Assembly: GCF_009834535.1 (NCBI RefSeq)
Contig: NC_045696.1
Span: forward strand, 62,684,001-62,748,000
Length of the DNA stretch: 64,000 bases
Direction of reading: 5' to 3'
DNA from: Camelus ferus
Lineage: Eukaryota
Of the stretch, positions 60,891 through 64,000 are shown piece by piece. Positions within the stretch are counted from its first letter, which is position 1. The number at the start of each line of letters is the position of its first letter. The position numbers and the translations under genes are program-made. Under the pieces are notes generated by a model. The model ran no database searches and was not told the origin of the DNA. It saw nothing but the letters and a program-made list of their open reading frames with translations.

Positions 60891-61729
60891 TTGAGGCTTT
60901 GAGACCCCACAGAGCCTGCTGGTCCAGAGACCCTTGAATGCCCTCTCTGCGCTAGGGTTCTGTAATTAGGGCTCTGGTGATGCTCTGGGCTGGGGGACAG
61001 TTGGCGTGGGGCAGTGGTCCCACAGCCTGTAGCATCTGGTACCCCTTCCTCCTTTGCGATTATCATACCCGTGTCTGAGCTGATGGCTGACCAAATTTCC
61101 TGCAGGAGGTTCCGGAGACATTTTAAGATATTCGCCATTGGTGGTAATGCCTCAGAATCCACAGCCATTCTTAATTGGCTCAGAACCATCAGCTTGCAAA
61201 ACCACCTGTCATGGGAAACTTGAGCAGTATTCAGAGTCTCATCAATAATTCAGCCAACGAGCTTCTTCAGACGCAGGCCTTCTAGCCTTTGGGACCCACT
61301 TGTCTTCTGCCTCCAGAGATGTTCCAGGGAGAGTTCTCTGTTATGTTAGAGCAGTTAATGACTCAGGCAGCAGTACCTCCATGCTCTCCCAGAATCCCCA
61401 AAGCCTCATCACTCGGAAGAGGGAAGACTGATACAGGTTAATCTCACTCTAATTATATCAGCCAGCTCGGAGGGGTGGGTGGGCTTGCTGACAGTGAGAC
61501 TCTGGGGAGTGGATGCCAACGGCAGGTTTCAGGCGAGCCCCTCGTGCTGGGGCGGTGGGGGGCTTATCCACCGTGATAGACTCCTTCTATCTCTAGCATC
61601 CCCAGTCAGTCAGAAAAAGTTATGTAGGATCTTTTTTTTTTTTTTTGCGAGTTAGAGATACCTAAAAATATTGGTTGAATCAGTTCTATCTGATTAGATC
61701 TGATTCTCATTCCCATTTAGTAGAATTAT

Positions 61730-61895
61730 AGAATGTCCCAGCTGAATGAGAACATAGAAATCATCTCGTCCAGCTCCTTCATTTTCCAGTGTAGGAAAAT
61801 GAGACTAGAGGAAGTGACTGTCAAGGTTACCCAGCTGGCTCATTGCAGAGCCTGCCCGGTACCCAGACCTGCTGGCTCCCAGCCCCGTGTCCTTC
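61730..61895 (-). mobile_element. MIR (MIR3/MIRc-like) fragment
   Basis: atcatctcgtccagctccttcattttccagtgtaggaaaatgagactagaggaagtgactgtcaaggttaccca. Confidence 0.7.
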
Positions 61896-63831
61896 CCAGT
61901 GGGTCACTGCCTCCCACTCTGCGCACAGTGAGCACAGCGTGCTCCTTGGAACACTGCAGGCAGTCCCAGGTGCAGTGATGTTGGAACACCAGGCGCTCTT
62001 TTCCTTCTCAGGCTCTGTGACGCCAAGGGTAGCACATCCGTCCTGGCAGTCACGCTGATGGGACCGCGAGGCAGCTTTGTTTGTTATGTGCCATCAATAA
62101 GTTAAAAAAAAATCAAAACAAAAAACAAACAGGCTGTCCTCCCTCCTCCTGTCAGCCTCCAGGCCAGTTCGTGGTGATTAGTGCTGGCTGAAACCTCAAG
62201 TCCCCTCTCGCCTTGAAGGGTCTTGCCTCCAGTGGAGTCGAGCTCGGCTGCTCAGGGGAGGCGGGTCTGGGAGTCAGCCCTTCGCGTCCTCGTGTGGGCT
62301 CTGCTGGGCTTGGCTGCGCGCTCAGGCTTGGGCTACTTCCTGGCGAGACACTGAGCTGGTTTTTCCACCTTCCCCTGGAGCCTGGAGAGAAGGGGTGGGT
62401 GGTGGGTTGATCAGAGAGCCCATCTTCCTCATCTGCATAGGGGGGATGCGGGGGGTTGTGGGGGTGACAAACGAGGACTCTGGGGTCTTGAGTTTCTCAT
62501 GGAGTCTCGGGGATAGAAGAGCCCTTGGGGCTGTCTGGGCCCCACACCCACTGTTTATAGACAAGGACCCCGAGGCCTGGAGGGGGCAGCCTTGTTTCAG
62601 GCCGCAGGGCCAGTTGATGGCAGAGCTGGGTTGAAGCACATTCTGCCTTCTGTGTTTTCCCTGTGGTCTCAGCTACAAGCCTTCAGCCTTTTTAGTCTGG
62701 GGTGTCATTTTCCTGTGTACAACCAGCATGTCTTAGCCCCAAACCTCAGTAGTTAGAAGGTGCAGAGCCAGTTAAGGGAGCAGAGGACATTCTGTGTGGC
62801 TGACGGAGATTTGTAGTGAAGTGTAGGGACAGATGGGAGGGAAAAGCCGGCTGGGGCGAGTGCCCAGAGGGCCTGTGCTCTGCGGGCTCTCTGAAGGGTG
62901 TGAGGGCTGAGAGCAGGGAGAGGAGCATGGCAGGGACAAGCCGGGGTCCTGGGTCCTCGCTCCACCCCTTCTGACACAGGGACCCAGACTTCTCTCACGT
63001 CTTCCTGCACTAGAGGCTCCTTCTCTCCTAACCTTTCTGTTTTAAACTTTAAGCTGGGGCCATACTTCGCCAAGATTCTACCTGGAAGACTTAGGGAGCT
63101 GCAGCCAGACAGGGCCCAGGCCGGCCTGAGGGGAGGGTTAGCCACATCCTTAGGTGTAAAGACAGACAGATGCCTGGCTGGCTTGGCAGGGTCAGACCCC
63201 CAGGGTGACTCCAAGGCCCCATGTAGCTCAGTGAGACTTCTAATAAGTGCGGTGTCTCCAGGGGCAGCGTGTCAGCTGAGCTTAGGATGCTGTGGGTGCA
63301 GGTGTCTGGGCTGTAGGGTACAGGCTCAAGCAGGGGCCCCCTGGCTCCAATCTTGACACCCCCAATTCATGACACTTACAACCCTGCCTGTGACCACAGA
63401 ACAGGGAGCACTGCCCGGTGGCTGGTGAGGGTTCCAGGAAACAAGTCCTGGGGCCCTGACTCCATGGAAGCTCTGGTGAGGGGAGGGGCACGGGGTGCAG
63501 AAGCTGAGCCGGCCCAGGGCCTCACACCCCCTCCCACCCCACTCCGAGTCCCCACTCTGAGTTCTTCCAGTGCTGTAAGCACCCTGAGGGCTGGTGTCGG
63601 GCTCACCCTGCTCTCCCCTCCATGACCCCACATAGTAGGTGCTCAGAGAAGGGACATTGAGAATGAAATTAGACTGATGGAAACAGGTACTGAGCTTTTG
63701 CTTTTTAGCAATTCCTAAGCACTCTTCATAGACCCCATTCACCTGAGGAGAACGCAGATGGGATGTTCGTAATGCTCGTGGCACTAATAGCAATACTGAG
63801 ATGCTGTGCTTGCACTGCTCTTGCTGATGGG

Positions 63832-63985
63832 AATGATAACGATAACATTTACTGGGGTGCACCCTGTGCTGGGCAGTGTGCTAAGCACTTTACATGGAAT
63901 GTTATTAAATCCTCACAGCAGTTGTATGAAATCATGATTGATATTACCCCATTTTCCATAATGAGATAACTGAGGCACAGATTGT
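63832..63985 (-). mobile_element. MIR SINE
   Basis: ataacatttactggg...gtgctaagcactttacatg...atcctcacagcag...ccccattttccataatgagataactgaggcacaga. Confidence 0.85.
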
Positions 63986-64000
63986 TTACATGCTCACTCA

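Larger units (their letters stand above)
31811..64000 (+). other. XXYLT1: XXYLT1 intron downstream of the exon (5' part; the terminal exon lies outside the window)
   Basis: Starts at GTATGT. The expected next peptide (HTFWQFR...) is absent from the ORF track, where a long terminal exon should appear. Confidence 0.85.

Noticed and set aside
1..64000. CRISPR array, operon, prokaryotic defence system, intact ERV or processed pseudogene
   Set aside because: The DNA is mammalian intron. I saw no regularly spaced repeats, no gag/pol/env-like ORFs and no recognisable retrocopy, although a highly decayed one could escape reading by eye.

Overview
This is mammalian genomic DNA, almost certainly camelid (camel/alpaca/llama). 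It carries two tRNA-Ala-derived Vic-1-type SINEs, and I recognised no Alu, B1/B2, Bov-A, PRE-1 or CAN SINEs. The only protein-coding sequence I can support is one 133-nt internal exon (31678-31810, + strand, AG/GT borders) of XXYLT1, xyloside xylosyltransferase 1 (GT8 family, Notch EGF-repeat O-glucose glycan elongation), carrying the DxD motif. The rest of the window is the two large flanking introns, filled with ancient repeats (L1, L2, MIR, MaLR/ERVL LTRs, MER3, MER53, MER81, MER2B-type DNA elements) and a few younger lineage-specific insertions. Apart from the ORF containing that exon, the ORF-track entries are chance ORFs or L1 fossils. I found no evidence for a new multi-gene system. The best leads are small: a MER53 hairpin of the miR-1302 type, a poly(A)-only retro-insertion with a perfect 17-bp TSD, a young L1 insertion, a 40-bp non-repeat direct duplication, an in-frame alternative acceptor, a candidate recursive splice site and a strong Z-DNA tract. 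Repeat family names were assigned from remembered consensus sequences and their boundaries are approximate.
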